Part shown: piece after piece, positions 1 through 17,372 of the stretch
Layout: every line of letters starts with the position of its first letter
Numbering within the stretch: position 1 is the stretch's first letter
Assembly: GCA_033442325.1 (NCBI GenBank)
Contig: JAWQFM010000001.1
Coordinates: 444,966 to 508,965, forward strand
Reading direction: 5' to 3'
DNA: 64,000 bases
Source: Salpingoeca rosetta
Lineage: Eukaryota > Protista > Choanoflagellata
Translations under genes and position numbers: made by a program
The notes under the pieces: generated by a model
Database searches by the model: none
Told to the model about the DNA's origin: nothing
What the model saw: the letters and a program-made list of their open reading frames with translations, nothing else

Positions 1-73
1 AGACACAGCGTCCAGCATCTCAACACACATACGCGCGCGCACACACACACACACAGACATAGACACACGCATC

Positions 74-118
<45 letters not shown>

Positions 119-748
119 CTGGAGCATGCCCTGGAGAAAGAGGATGCCAGCGAATGTGTAGTATCCGTATGCTGCTCCTGTCCCAATCACTGCCGGGAGC
201 CCAACGAACCTAACAACACAAGCACAGCGTGAGGCCAGTGAGCTTGCCATCCACACGACCACACGACCACGTGTCCACGCGGCTACCTTGCAACACAACA
301 GCGCAAGGGGAACCTTTGCGAGCGTAGAGGCAAACACCTGCATTGAGCTGATCTCTGGCCTTGCTTCCTGCACCCCCCCCCCCCACTGCGTTCTTACTCG
401 CTCAAGATGCAGACGAGTGCCATGACGAATGCAATGTAGGGGAGCGTGTTGTGCAGCAGCCGCTGCCAGTTTGGCTGGAGCGAACGTCCACTTTTCTTCT
501 TGCTACCGCTGGCACCTGTGGCGCTACTCTGCGGTTGTTGCTGCTGCTGCGGTTGCTGCTGCTGTGTTCGTGAAGCATCACTGATCGGGGTCGTGGCGTC
601 TGCTTGAGGCGTTCGCTTCGCACGCTGGCGCAGCCCACCGGCTGCGGCTGTCGTGCTCTGTTGTCCCTCCTCTGTTGGTCTTCTGTCGCTGCTGTCCAGC
701 ACCACACCGCTTTCTTTCTCATCTTTCTCACCTTTGACCTGTTGCGGG

Positions 749-814
<66 letters not shown>

Positions 815-1050
815 GGGTGTGTTGTTGCTTCTTCCTGTTCTTGTCCATTGTCGCTGCCTTCTGTTGCAGCTGCCGCTTCTGCTTCTATTGGTACTGCTGT
901 TGTCGGTGCTGTTGTGGGTGCTTCCTCGGCCGTGTCCAAGGAGTGTGCCACCCCCGTGAGCAAGTCCAAGCGCTTGCCCTCGTTGCCGAGGATGCGGGCC
1001 TTGCGCCGCTCCCGCGCCAGCCGCCGCTTCTCCGCCGCAGAAGAGCTCAT
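119..1050 (-). CDS. GET2/CAML-like ER tail-anchored protein insertion receptor (spliced; 3' end probably lies outside the window)
   Basis: ATG at 1050 gives MSSSAAEKRRLARERRKARILGNEGKRLDLLTG, resembling the basic N-terminal Get3-binding motif of yeast Get2 and animal CAML. A long Q/E-rich linker follows, then hydrophobic segments (LPYIAFVMALVCILS; FVGLPAVIGTGAAYGYYTFAGILFLQG). Exons are about 1050-398, 367-338 and 210-119, with GT-AG borders. Confidence 0.7.
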
Positions 1051-1110
1051 AGTCAACAGTCTCAAACACCATAAATTGACGGGGAACTAACAACACCACA
1101 ACAAGCGGCG

Positions 1111-5270
<4,160 letters not shown>

Positions 5271-5280
<10 letters not shown>

Positions 5281-5511
5281 CATTTGGTGGCGCCCTGGAC
5301 CATGCGAGTGAGGCGAGGCACCTCCTTCAGGAAGGCGGCAGCCTCATCCGCAGGCATGTCCGCGATGGTGGTGTAGTTGCCCTTGGGAATGAGCAGACTG
5401 TGGCCAGGAGCCATGGGGAACGCGTCCAGAATGGCGATGCATGCCTCTGTCTCGAAGATCTGCCCGCAAAAACAAGCAGTTACAACCATTCGTCATTACT
5501 CACAACCAAGG

Positions 5512-5590
<79 letters not shown>

Positions 5591-5819
5591 GTTTGTTTGT
5601 GTGATTCATGTGTTTGCGTTCCACCACGCCTCTCTCATCCCAGCAAGTTTCTTGCCTTCTCGTTCCTTCCCCCCCCCAAATCCACGTGTTGTGTGCACAA
5701 ATCGTGTGTGCTTTCTTCACCTTGTGGGACGGGATCTGGCCGTCCAGGATCTTGCGGAAGACGTTGTCGGGGTTGTACTGGCTCATGATGCGGATGGTGC
5801 TCAACAAGCGACGGGCCAT
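5271..5819 (-). CDS. HIT (histidine triad) family nucleotide hydrolase, HINT-like, with possible mitochondrial presequence; C-terminal HxHxH motif missing
   Basis: Exon 1 (5819-5721) reads MARRLLSTIRIMSQYNPDNVFRKILDGQIPSHK. Exon 2 from 5459 reads IFETEACIAILDAFPMAPGHSLLIPKG...ATKCDFV. The expected NNG...HxHxH region is not found. Confidence 0.85.
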
Positions 5820-5870
5820 TCGTTGGTTGCTTGGATTGTGTGTGTTGTCTTGGTTGGTGTCAGTGGAAGT

Positions 5871-5919
5871 CGACTGAATTCAGTGGCACACGCACAACAC
5901 GACTGAATTCAGTGGCACA
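5871..5919. promoter_or_regulatory. Duplicated 20-bp element containing the perfect palindrome ACTGAATTCAGT in the HIT/MRPS6 bidirectional promoter
   Basis: CGACTGAATTCAGTGGCACA occurs at 5871-5890 and 5900-5919, between divergent ATGs at 5819 (-) and 5977 (+). A regulatory role is inferred, not shown. Confidence 0.45.
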
Positions 5920-5976
5920 TTACACGAGAAGCACAACCAGCCACCGCACAACACGCACAAGACCAACACACGCACG

Positions 5977-6904
5977 ATGCCTTCGTATGAGCTGTGCATG
6001 ATCATGCGGGCGCTTCGCTCGGTGAGTGCGTGAGTGAGCGTGTTTTTGTGTGTTTTGCGAGTGAGTATGGCTTGTTGTACATGTTCTGGTGTGACGACCA
6101 TGGTCTGAACACCGTGTTCTGACCACCAGTTGTGTGTTTTCGGGGTTGCAGGAGGCGCTGGCAAAGGAGCTGGTCCCCATACTGCAGAGAGTGCAGTCGT
6201 TGGGTGGCGTTGTGCAGGACGTCAAGAGCGTCGGGTCACAGCCTCTTCCACACAAGATGAAAGCACACTTTGAGCACCACGACAAGGGAACGTACGTCAT
6301 GCTTTGTGTGTGCAGGCGCTCAAGTGCACCGGGTGAATGCTTGTGCCAACGGAGGTTTCTACGGATACCTTTTGTGTGTGAGAAAGTGCGTGTGCGTGAG
6401 TGTGAGTGTGTGAATGTGTGAGTGTGAGTTTGAGTGTGTGAGTTTGAGTGTGTGAGTGTGTGAGTGTGTGTTTGCATCCAAAAGTCATTGGCTCGGCCAA
6501 GCGTCCAAGTCCACTCATGTTCGTGCACACATGCATATGCACTATGGCCGCAATGCAGGTACTCGTTCTTGAGGTTTGAATCGAGCCCAACGGCGTTGCC
6601 GCAGCTGGACACGGCGCTCAAGCGCAACTCATCCATCATTCGACACAACTTTGTCAAGCTTCCCGCGCTCGACGCGAAGGTAAGCGAAAAGCGGATGGTT
6701 TGTGGCTGCTGCTCAGTCCTTTCGTGTTGTGTGCACGCACTTGTTCCTCATTCACTATGCTTCACACAAAAGCGCGCGCACACACACACATACACCTTTC
6801 CTTTCAACGAATTTGCACAGCGTTTTCTCTCATACCAACATGCACGTTTGCTCACACCCTCGCACTTGCAGCCAATGACCTGCCGCTTCAAGCCAAAGAG
6901 GTGA
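5977..6904 (+). CDS. MRPS6: Mitochondrial ribosomal protein S6 (bS6m), 4 exons
   Basis: MPSYELCMIMRALRS | EALAKELVPILQRVQSLGGVVQDVKSVGSQPLPHKMKAHFEHHDKGT | YSFLRFESSPTALPQLDTALKRNSSIIRHNFVKLPALDAK | PMTCRFKPKR*. This is the typical bS6 pattern, with GT-AG introns. Confidence 0.9.
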
Positions 6905-7338
6905 CATGGGTGCTGAACAAACAACAGCTACCATTTGTCTCTGACAGCAACCGCAATAGCACTACAACCACCTTGTGTGCACTCTGCGTTCTCATCTGCG
7001 TTGCAAAGTCACTGCTGTTTTTCGTCTTCAGGTCCCCCCCCCCCTCCTTAGTGTTGTTTCTCCTCCTCTCCACTCTCTTGGTGTCTGTACTTTCCGACCA
7101 ATTGAACCAAGCATCCTCCACTTCACAGCAGCATTCAATCGCCACCGAACTTTATCCCCCCCCCCCATTTGTAACGACGACCAGTCAGCGCGCACGCCCG
7201 GGTGGCCTTTCTTTCTCAACTTCTTTGTCTTCACCTTCGTCTTTGACCACAGCTCTGACCCGGTTGCATCGTCCACGTCGAGTCGTTCCTTCACTTCTAC
7301 TCGATCCATGCGCCCGCCACGCTGTGCATTGTGTTTGA

Positions 7339-7390
<52 letters not shown>

Positions 7391-7494
7391 TGTGTGAATG
7401 TGTGTGTGTGCGTGTGTGTGAACGAGTGTGCGTGTTTGAGTGTGTTTGAGTGTGTTTGAGTGTGAATGGGGGTGTGAATGGGAGAGACTCGGTA

Positions 7495-7551
<57 letters not shown>

Positions 7552-7574
7552 TACAGACACACACATGTTCAGCA

Positions 7575-8228
7575 TCAACGCACAAACTTGATGCCCGCGT
7601 GCTCGCTGGTGAGAACGTATGTGTCCGTGCGCCTCTCTGCTCCTCGGGCCACATCAGCCAGCATCTGCGCCAGCGCAGTCACGCCTGTTGTTGTCTCACT
7701 CGCCACAGTCGTCGCCACAGTGGCAGTGGAAGGAGTGGAAGGAGTGACGACCTCGTCCAAGGACTTGACACTGGCTACCCTTCCATCATCCCTCTCCTTC
7801 CTCCTTGCCCTCCTCCTTGCCCTCCTCCTCCTCCTCACAAACACCCGCAGCTCCCACACCATCCCTCGCTCGCTCGCTCGCGTGTTCTGCTTGCTTGTTC
7901 GTTCGTTCGTTGGACACAGCTGCTCTTTTTGAGTTTGGTGCCACTGCACACATTCACACGATCCACCCACAATCAATCAATCACGCCATGTGACGCCATC
8001 CACCGCACACACACCTCCTCCAGCACATCGTGCGGGTTGTCACTGGACGAGACGTGTTGGCCGTGGCTGCCAACCAACCAACCAACCAACCAACCAACCC
8101 AACAAGCCATTCTCTGCACCACTCTCATCTCAACAAGCAAGAAGGCAAGAGAGAGCGAGACTTCAACACCACATGTCCTGGTCCGTTGTTGCGTCCGGGC
8201 CCCCCGCTGTTGTCCCTGTTGGTGACAT
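7575..8228 (-). CDS. Possible small 3-exon hypothetical protein
   Basis: ATG 8228 (MSPTGTTAGGPDATTDQD) can splice in frame to HGQHVSSSDNPHDVLEE and then to WHQTQKEQ...GIKFVR*. No recognisable domain, and the first donor is weak. Confidence 0.25.
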
Positions 8229-8466
8229 TTCGATTCGACACCCTGCTCACACTGCCATCATTCTCCTTTGCCTTTGCCTCGCTTGCTTGCTTGGATCGAT
8301 CGTGTTCTGTTGTTTGTTCAAGTCGTGTGGGTCGTGGTTGCTGTCATCGACGTCGTCGCTTACCCCTCTCCCTCCATCTCTCCTTCTCCCTTCCCTCTTC
8401 CTCCCCTCCCTCTTCCTCTCCCTCTCCCCGATCCTTCTTCCTCTCCCTCTCCCTTCAACAACAGCC

Positions 8467-11376
<2,910 letters not shown>

Positions 11377-11801
11377 GCCCGCAGTATGCGGATGATGGAT
11401 GATGGATGATGGATGATGGGTGCTGGGCGATGGATGGTGGATGTGGCATGACCCTTGTTCATTGTGTGTTTTCCTGTGATCATATTGTCAAGCAAAACAA
11501 GTGAAGCAAGCAAGTATGCAAATGGGGCAAACCGCACAAGGCGTGCCTGCAGGCAAGGCGAAGCAGAAGTGCTTCAAGGATATGAAGAGGAGGAGAGAAG
11601 TCACAGGCAAGAGGTGGGCGATGAAATGTAACAATGAAGGCAGGTGTGGTTGGTGATGTGAATCGCATCCATCCATCCAGTACAGAGCAGCACGCATCCA
11701 CCCAGCGCATGCACAACCCCACCAACAAAAAGAGAGGGGCAAGGGCCAGATGGTCAAGAGAGAAGAATCCATGACTACTGATGATGTTGTCACGACTGCT
11801 G

Positions 11802-13688
11802 TCACGACTGCTGCTGTTGCTGATGGTGGTGGTGTGCGACGGCTCGCAGGGTGGAGGCCATGTGCGCTGCTGCTGTGCGCATGTCCTCGGACTTCAGGCC
11901 AGTGGCGCTCAGAGTGATGGTCATGGCGCCCTTGTACGTCGTCACCGCAACATACACGCCGCGCACAAACTGGTGGAACGTGGCTGAGAGCGTGTCGAGA
12001 GAACAGCCGAGAGAAGGCAGCGCCTCCACGCGCCCGACATTGCCCGTGGTGATGGGGCACGGCGCACTGGTGACAGCGGCCTCCACAGCCTTGGCCACGG
12101 TGAACGCCGGCATGCGCTCAAAGATCCACGCCGCGCTGGCGTATGCCTTGTCTTGCAGGGCGGCGTGCACGCCGTCCATGAACACGCGCGCGCCAGTCCA
12201 GAAGTCGGCGCACACAAGCGGCCGGCCGGCAGCAAGCACCATGGGGTGGGTGGTGGCCACGGCAACAGAGAGGTTGCCAACCATGTCCAGCGGCAGCGAC
12301 CGGCCCGTGTGGGGCGTGTGCGCGCGTGCGTCGATGGTGGTGGTGACGGGAACACGGACGGTGCCGTTGGCCTGCATGACTTTGCTGGCGCGTGCAAGCG
12401 CGTCTGCGCTGTGCACCACGTGCTCCCGGTGGGCCATCAGCGCAGCCATGGTGATGGCGCCCGTCACCGTCGTGCCGTGTGCGCGGGCAGCAGCACGCAG
12501 GGCGGACACCACGTCTTTTTCCAGCTGACAGCCGGCGACAACGCACCGGCTGGTCTGCGATGGTGGTGGTGCCACCGCATCCTCTGCCCACTGCAGCGCC
12601 TTGTTGTCCTTGTCGTGAGCAAGGAGGTCTCGCATGGCCCCGAGGCCGCCACCAAAGAGGAAGTTGAGCCAGCCCTTCTTCTCCGCAGGCAGGAGGTCCA
12701 CCAGTCGCGGTGGCGGCAGCCTGGCCAGCTCTGCATCCAGCGGCAGGGTTGTGCGGGCCAGGTCGTCGTCTTCCTTGCGGACAGAGCTGAGCTGATCGCT
12801 GCGCATGCTGTCATCGGCGGCGGTGTCGGTTGGTGCGGCTATGGCGGATGCGACGGCGCCGAGGTGGAACACCAGCTCCTTGAGCACCTGCACGACACCG
12901 CGAAGATCGGCGACAATGTGGGGTGCGGCAACAGCGATGCGGTATGTGCCATCCTCCTCGGAGCGCACGAGGGCAACGGCGAACAGGGCGCGGTGCGAGG
13001 CGTGGAAGTCGAAGGACATGTGCAGGAAGTCTGCCTCGACATCCTGCAGCGCAGCGTCGGCAGCCTCGCTTGTGGGCGCAGTCTGCATGACCAGGGCCTG
13101 CGGTGGGATGTAGGGGGAGGGCCATGTGTGCACGAGGAACGGCTCATCGAGATCGGCGTCCTTGGCAAGGACGTGCGCGCGCAGGCGGCAGTGCCGCTGC
13201 TGCACACGGTACACGGCTGCGGCGATGTGGTCCTCTGTGATGCGTTGGTCCAGCGGAATGCGATCGGGATCCACGCGCACCACACCAGATGCAACGAGGT
13301 TGGCTGCGCCGTTTCGCGGCAGGTGCAAGAACACGCTCTCTCCCTGGCTCACTGCTTGCCTGTGCTCCTCATACTGGTGTCTGGGCTGCTGCTGCTGCTG
13401 CTGTTGTTCTTGGTGTTGGTGCTGTTGTGGTGGTGGCGGTGGTGGCAGTGATGGTGATGACGATGGTGATGGTTGTGAGTTGGACGAGTGCCCTTGCCCT
13501 TGTTGCTGCTGCTGTTGTTGCTGGTGTTTGAGAGTGCGATCGGCGCCATCACTGTCAGCGCCGCTACCATCATCATTGTCGTCACTGTGCCTCTCTGCGT
13601 CCCCTTCCTCCTCGTCCAGTGGCACCTTCTCTTCTTGCACCTCTTGGCTGCTGCTGGCTGTTGCCGTCTCTTCTGCCGCTTCGCTCAT
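11802..13688 (-). CDS. Intronless CoA-dependent acyltransferase (condensation-domain / PapA5 / alcohol acetyltransferase-like)
   Basis: Single long ORF from ATG 13688 (MSEAAEE). It carries the HxxxD motif in APHIVADLRG, the segment LRAAARAHGTTVTGAITMAAL, TIDARAH...VGNLS and a C-terminal TGNVG. The N-terminus is acidic and polyQ. Confidence 0.75.
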   Translation of the reverse strand: MSEAAEETATASSSQEVQEEKVPLDEEEGDAERHSDDNDDGSGADSDGADRTLKHQQQQQQQQGQGHSSNSQPSPSSSPSLPPPPPPQQHQHQEQQQQQQQPRHQYEEHRQAVSQGESVFLHLPRNGAANLVASGVVRVDPDRIPLDQRITEDHIAAAVYRVQQRHCRLRAHVLAKDADLDEPFLVHTWPSPYIPPQALVMQTAPTSEAADAALQDVEADFLHMSFDFHASHRALFAVALVRSEEDGTYRIAVAAPHIVADLRGVVQVLKELVFHLGAVASAIAAPTDTAADDSMRSDQLSSVRKEDDDLARTTLPLDAELARLPPPRLVDLLPAEKKGWLNFLFGGGLGAMRDLLAHDKDNKALQWAEDAVAPPPSQTSRCVVAGCQLEKDVVSALRAAARAHGTTVTGAITMAALMAHREHVVHSADALARASKVMQANGTVRVPVTTTIDARAHTPHTGRSLPLDMVGNLSVAVATTHPMVLAAGRPLVCADFWTGARVFMDGVHAALQDKAYASAAWIFERMPAFTVAKAVEAAVTSAPCPITTGNVGRVEALPSLGCSLDTLSATFHQFVRGVYVAVTTYKGAMTITLSATGLKSEDMRTAAAHMASTLRAVAHHHHQQQQQS

Positions 13689-13822
13689 CTTGGTCGTTGA
13701 TGACTCATCAACCAATCACAAAGAAGAAGAAGAGGAGGAGGAAGAACTGCGCGAACGACCAACAAGCAAGAAGCAAGAAGCAAGCAAGCGAGCAAGCAAG
13801 CAAGACAGACAGAGAAGACGGG

Positions 13823-14301
13823 ATGGAGGATGGGTCGTGTCCGTACGAGGTGCTGGGTGTGCCCACCACCGCAACAGAGGCAGAGGTATATGCAGTCGCA
13901 CACGGAGGGTATTGCGGTGTGTGGTTGAGTGAGAGAATGAACGTGAGGTACACACGTTTGTTTGTGGTCGTCGGGTGGAGTGGGAACAACCATTGCACTC
14001 ATCGATTGCAACAAGTTGTCTGCCACTCATCACAAATGCTGTGCTGTGCAGATTCGCAAGGCATACAAGAAGCTGGCCCTCAAGTACCACCCCGACAAGA
14101 ATCCAGATGACCCAGAGACAGGTGTGTGTGTGTGTGTGTCGAAATGAAAGGTGGATGATGTGAGAAGCGCCCATGTTGTTGGTGGCTGTTGTTGGGGTGG
14201 GTGAAGTGATATGGTACGATACGTGAAGAAGACGACCAACAACAAAGGAAGCAAATGAAAGAAGTGACACGTGCAGATGCATCTGATCTCACCTCTCATA
14301 C

Positions 14302-14352
<51 letters not shown>

Positions 14353-15002
14353 ACACACACACTCGCACATCCCATGGGGTGTCAGCGGAGAAGATGTTCC
14401 GGCGAGCTGTCATGGCATCAGAGATGCTGCTGGATGCCACAGCAAAGGTGAGACACACATACACACACACACACACACAGAGCGAACAAGAGGAAGCTTG
14501 TACATCTTTCACCAGTCTGAGGACCTCTGTGTGGACGTCGTGCTGGACGAGGTGTTGGAGTGGTTGCCGTTCTTTCTGGTGGTCTTTACTCACACAACAC
14601 ACACCACACCGCACACAACTGCTGTAGGCTGCATATGACAAGGTGTTGAAGGCGAGGCAGGCTGCACGCGTGCGTTCGGAGAAGATGGATGCAGAGCACC
14701 GCAAAGCAAGAGAAGGTGTGTCTCGCTGTGCTGTTGGTTGTGGAAGCGTGCCTTTGTGCGCGTGTGACTGGGTTGTGTTGCATCTTATGTGTGTCCCTGT
14801 GGTCTTGTTGCCATCGTGGATGCATTCACACTCACCCACACACACACGCGCACATTCAATTGCGTGCATGCCGTTGACTGGCAGACCTTGAGGCGAGGGA
14901 ACAGGCACACAAGCGCAGCAAGACTGCAGCAGAGACATTGCAACGTGACTTGGAAGCACAGGTGTGCTCCTGCGCTGCGCTTTGCTGATGTCTTGCACTT
15001 GT

Positions 15003-15101
<99 letters not shown>

Positions 15102-15816
15102 CCCCCCTGCCCAGTATGGCAGCCACCATCATCATTACTCACCACGTTGCTGCCTTGTCGCCTTGATGACAGATTCGCAGATTACGGGCTGAGGGCGCAC
15201 GCAAGCTACAGGTGTGTGTGCGCGCGTGTGTGCGTGTGTTGGTCTATGCCACTGCTCCCGTGCGTTGATCCCTGTCTTATCACTGCCACCACCACCACCA
15301 TCACCATCGTCACCGTCCCCACACTTCTGCTGCGCAATCCCTTGCAGGAGGAAGAGGACAGGTTCAGGGAAATGCTGAGGACAGTGAATCGAGGAGATCA
15401 GGTGTGAGTGTGTGCGAGTGTGAGTGAGTGTGAGTGAGTGTGCATTCGTGCGAGTGTATGTACCCACAATATCACCCTTTGTGGATTGCTGCTGGGGTTT
15501 GCGCAGCGCTGGCAATGCGTCCTGTGTTGGTCACACACACAAACACATATACACACACACGCTGTTGCATCCTGTGATTTGTGACATGCCCTCTCACAAC
15601 CTCAATGTACGAACACCACTTTGCTGACGATACCATGTGTGTGTGTGTTCCTTTGTGGTTTGTGTCATTGCTGATTGGTTGATTGCACAGGATGCGACGG
15701 TGGTGAAGAGCGATTTCTCCGAGGACTTTGAAGCAAAAGTGCTGGCACGCATGCGTGCTCATGGCCACGCACGAAGAGAACACATGCAGCAGCAACAGCA
15801 GCAACAGGCTGCGTAG
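13823..15816 (+). CDS. DNAJC17: J-domain protein, DNAJC17/Cwc23-like spliceosomal co-chaperone, ~8 exons
   Basis: [15 protein letters not shown] | [20 protein letters not shown] (HPD motif) | [16 protein letters not shown] | DLEARE | [16 protein letters not shown] | [11 protein letters not shown]. The last block matches the DNAJC17 C-terminal motif. Confidence 0.75.
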
Positions 15817-16168
15817 CTGTTGGTGGTGGGTGAGAACGTGCTGTGGGAGAAGAGGAGGGCGAGAACTGAGTTCGCACGCAGGCACTTGACATCAACGGCC
15901 TTGTTGTTGCTGTGGCTGCTGTTGGTGATGGCGAGCTTCCTTTTGCAACTGTTTAGTTAGATTGGATGATATGACACGCAATGTACACAGAGATGCGTTG
16001 CGATAAACAACACCACGTGCACGACGCCGAAGACACACAGACACACACAGACACACACAGACACACACAGACACACACAGACACACGGACAAGACACGCA
16101 CAGACATATGTCATGTCGCAGCGATTAGCTTTCATGTACTCAAAATATCCCAAGCAATCACCCGAGAT

Positions 16169-16242
16169 GGCCGTGTGGCCCAATTGGATAAGGCGCCTGA
16201 CTACGGATCAGGAGATTCGGGGTTCGAGTCCCTGCATGGTCA
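16169..16242 (+). tRNA. tRNA-Arg (anticodon ACG), intronless
   Basis: Acceptor stem GGCCGTG/CATGGTC, D-arm TGGCCCAATTGGATAAGGC, anticodon arm CCTGA-CTACGGA-TCAGG and T-loop GGTTCGAGTCC. A T-run Pol III terminator follows at ~16251-16261. Confidence 0.97.
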
Positions 16243-16361
16243 CATCTTCGTTTTTTTTTTTGTGTCGTTTTCGTTCCACCCACGTGCATTCAACCACCAA
16301 CAGCACAACAACAGCAGCAGCATTCATTCACATCACGTTGAGCACACACGAACACGCAGTC

Positions 16362-17291
16362 ATGGAGGTGCCGCATGGGAAGAAGTACAACATCAAGCGA
16401 GACATCCAGCGCTTGCTGAAGAAGGTATCGAGGTTTGCGTTCAGCCTGCACACGCCTGCGCTTCTGCTTGCTTGTATGCCTTGTGTTTCGTCTGACACGC
16501 TTCTTGTTTTGGCGTGTGTTTGATGCAGAAGAAGTTGGGCGACTCTGGGCGAGCTGAGTTGTGCAAGTTGCTGGAGGTGCAGCACGAGCGTACAGAGGTA
16601 TGCACAACGATGTGAACATGCGTCCAGACCGGGTCTCAAGCGTTTGCGTTGATTCCTTGATTCCCGCACGTGGCTGAATTCACATGCACGCTCAGGCACA
16701 CCCTCACGCACACGCTCAGGCTCACGCACCCGCTCACGCACCCGCTCACGCACCCGCTCACGCACCCGCTCACGCACCCGCTCACGCACCCGCTCACGCA
16801 CCCGCTCACGCTCACGCACACGCACACGCTCACGCTCACTCTGCAGCACCATGCCAAGCAAGAGTTGGTACGCGCTGTGAAGAAGGCCCTGAAGAAGACG
16901 GGAACAACACTGCGCAACAGCAACAAGCGGTACGAAGCGTTCCGTGCAAACCAACCTTGAGCCGCACATCCCATTGCCTGCGGACCGAACCAGCGCCTGC
17001 TCGCTCACCGAGGTGTGTCATGTTGTCGTCGCTGCCGCTGTTGCATTGTTTTTGTTTCATTGTGCAGGCTTTGCAAGAAGCTTGAGCTGCCTGCGGACCA
17101 ACTGAAGGGAAACGTGACACACGAGAAGCTCGTCGATCAGCAGCAGCGGATACAGAAGCGACTGGACGTCTTGGAAGACAAAGATGCAGACTGGGCGGTT
17201 GCGCGGGTGACGCGTGCCACCAAGCCAACGCCAGAGGAAAGCGCTGCTCTCAACAACGTCTTCAGCGACGCCCAAGTCAAGGTCTGCCTGA

Positions 17292-17372
<81 letters not shown>

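Noticed and set aside
12153-13451. 432-aa plus-strand ORF antisense to the acyltransferase
   Set aside because: Shadow ORF caused by GC-rich codon bias on the coding strand, with no motifs. The same applies to the antisense ORFs over the sulfotransferase, Roc exon and transposase.
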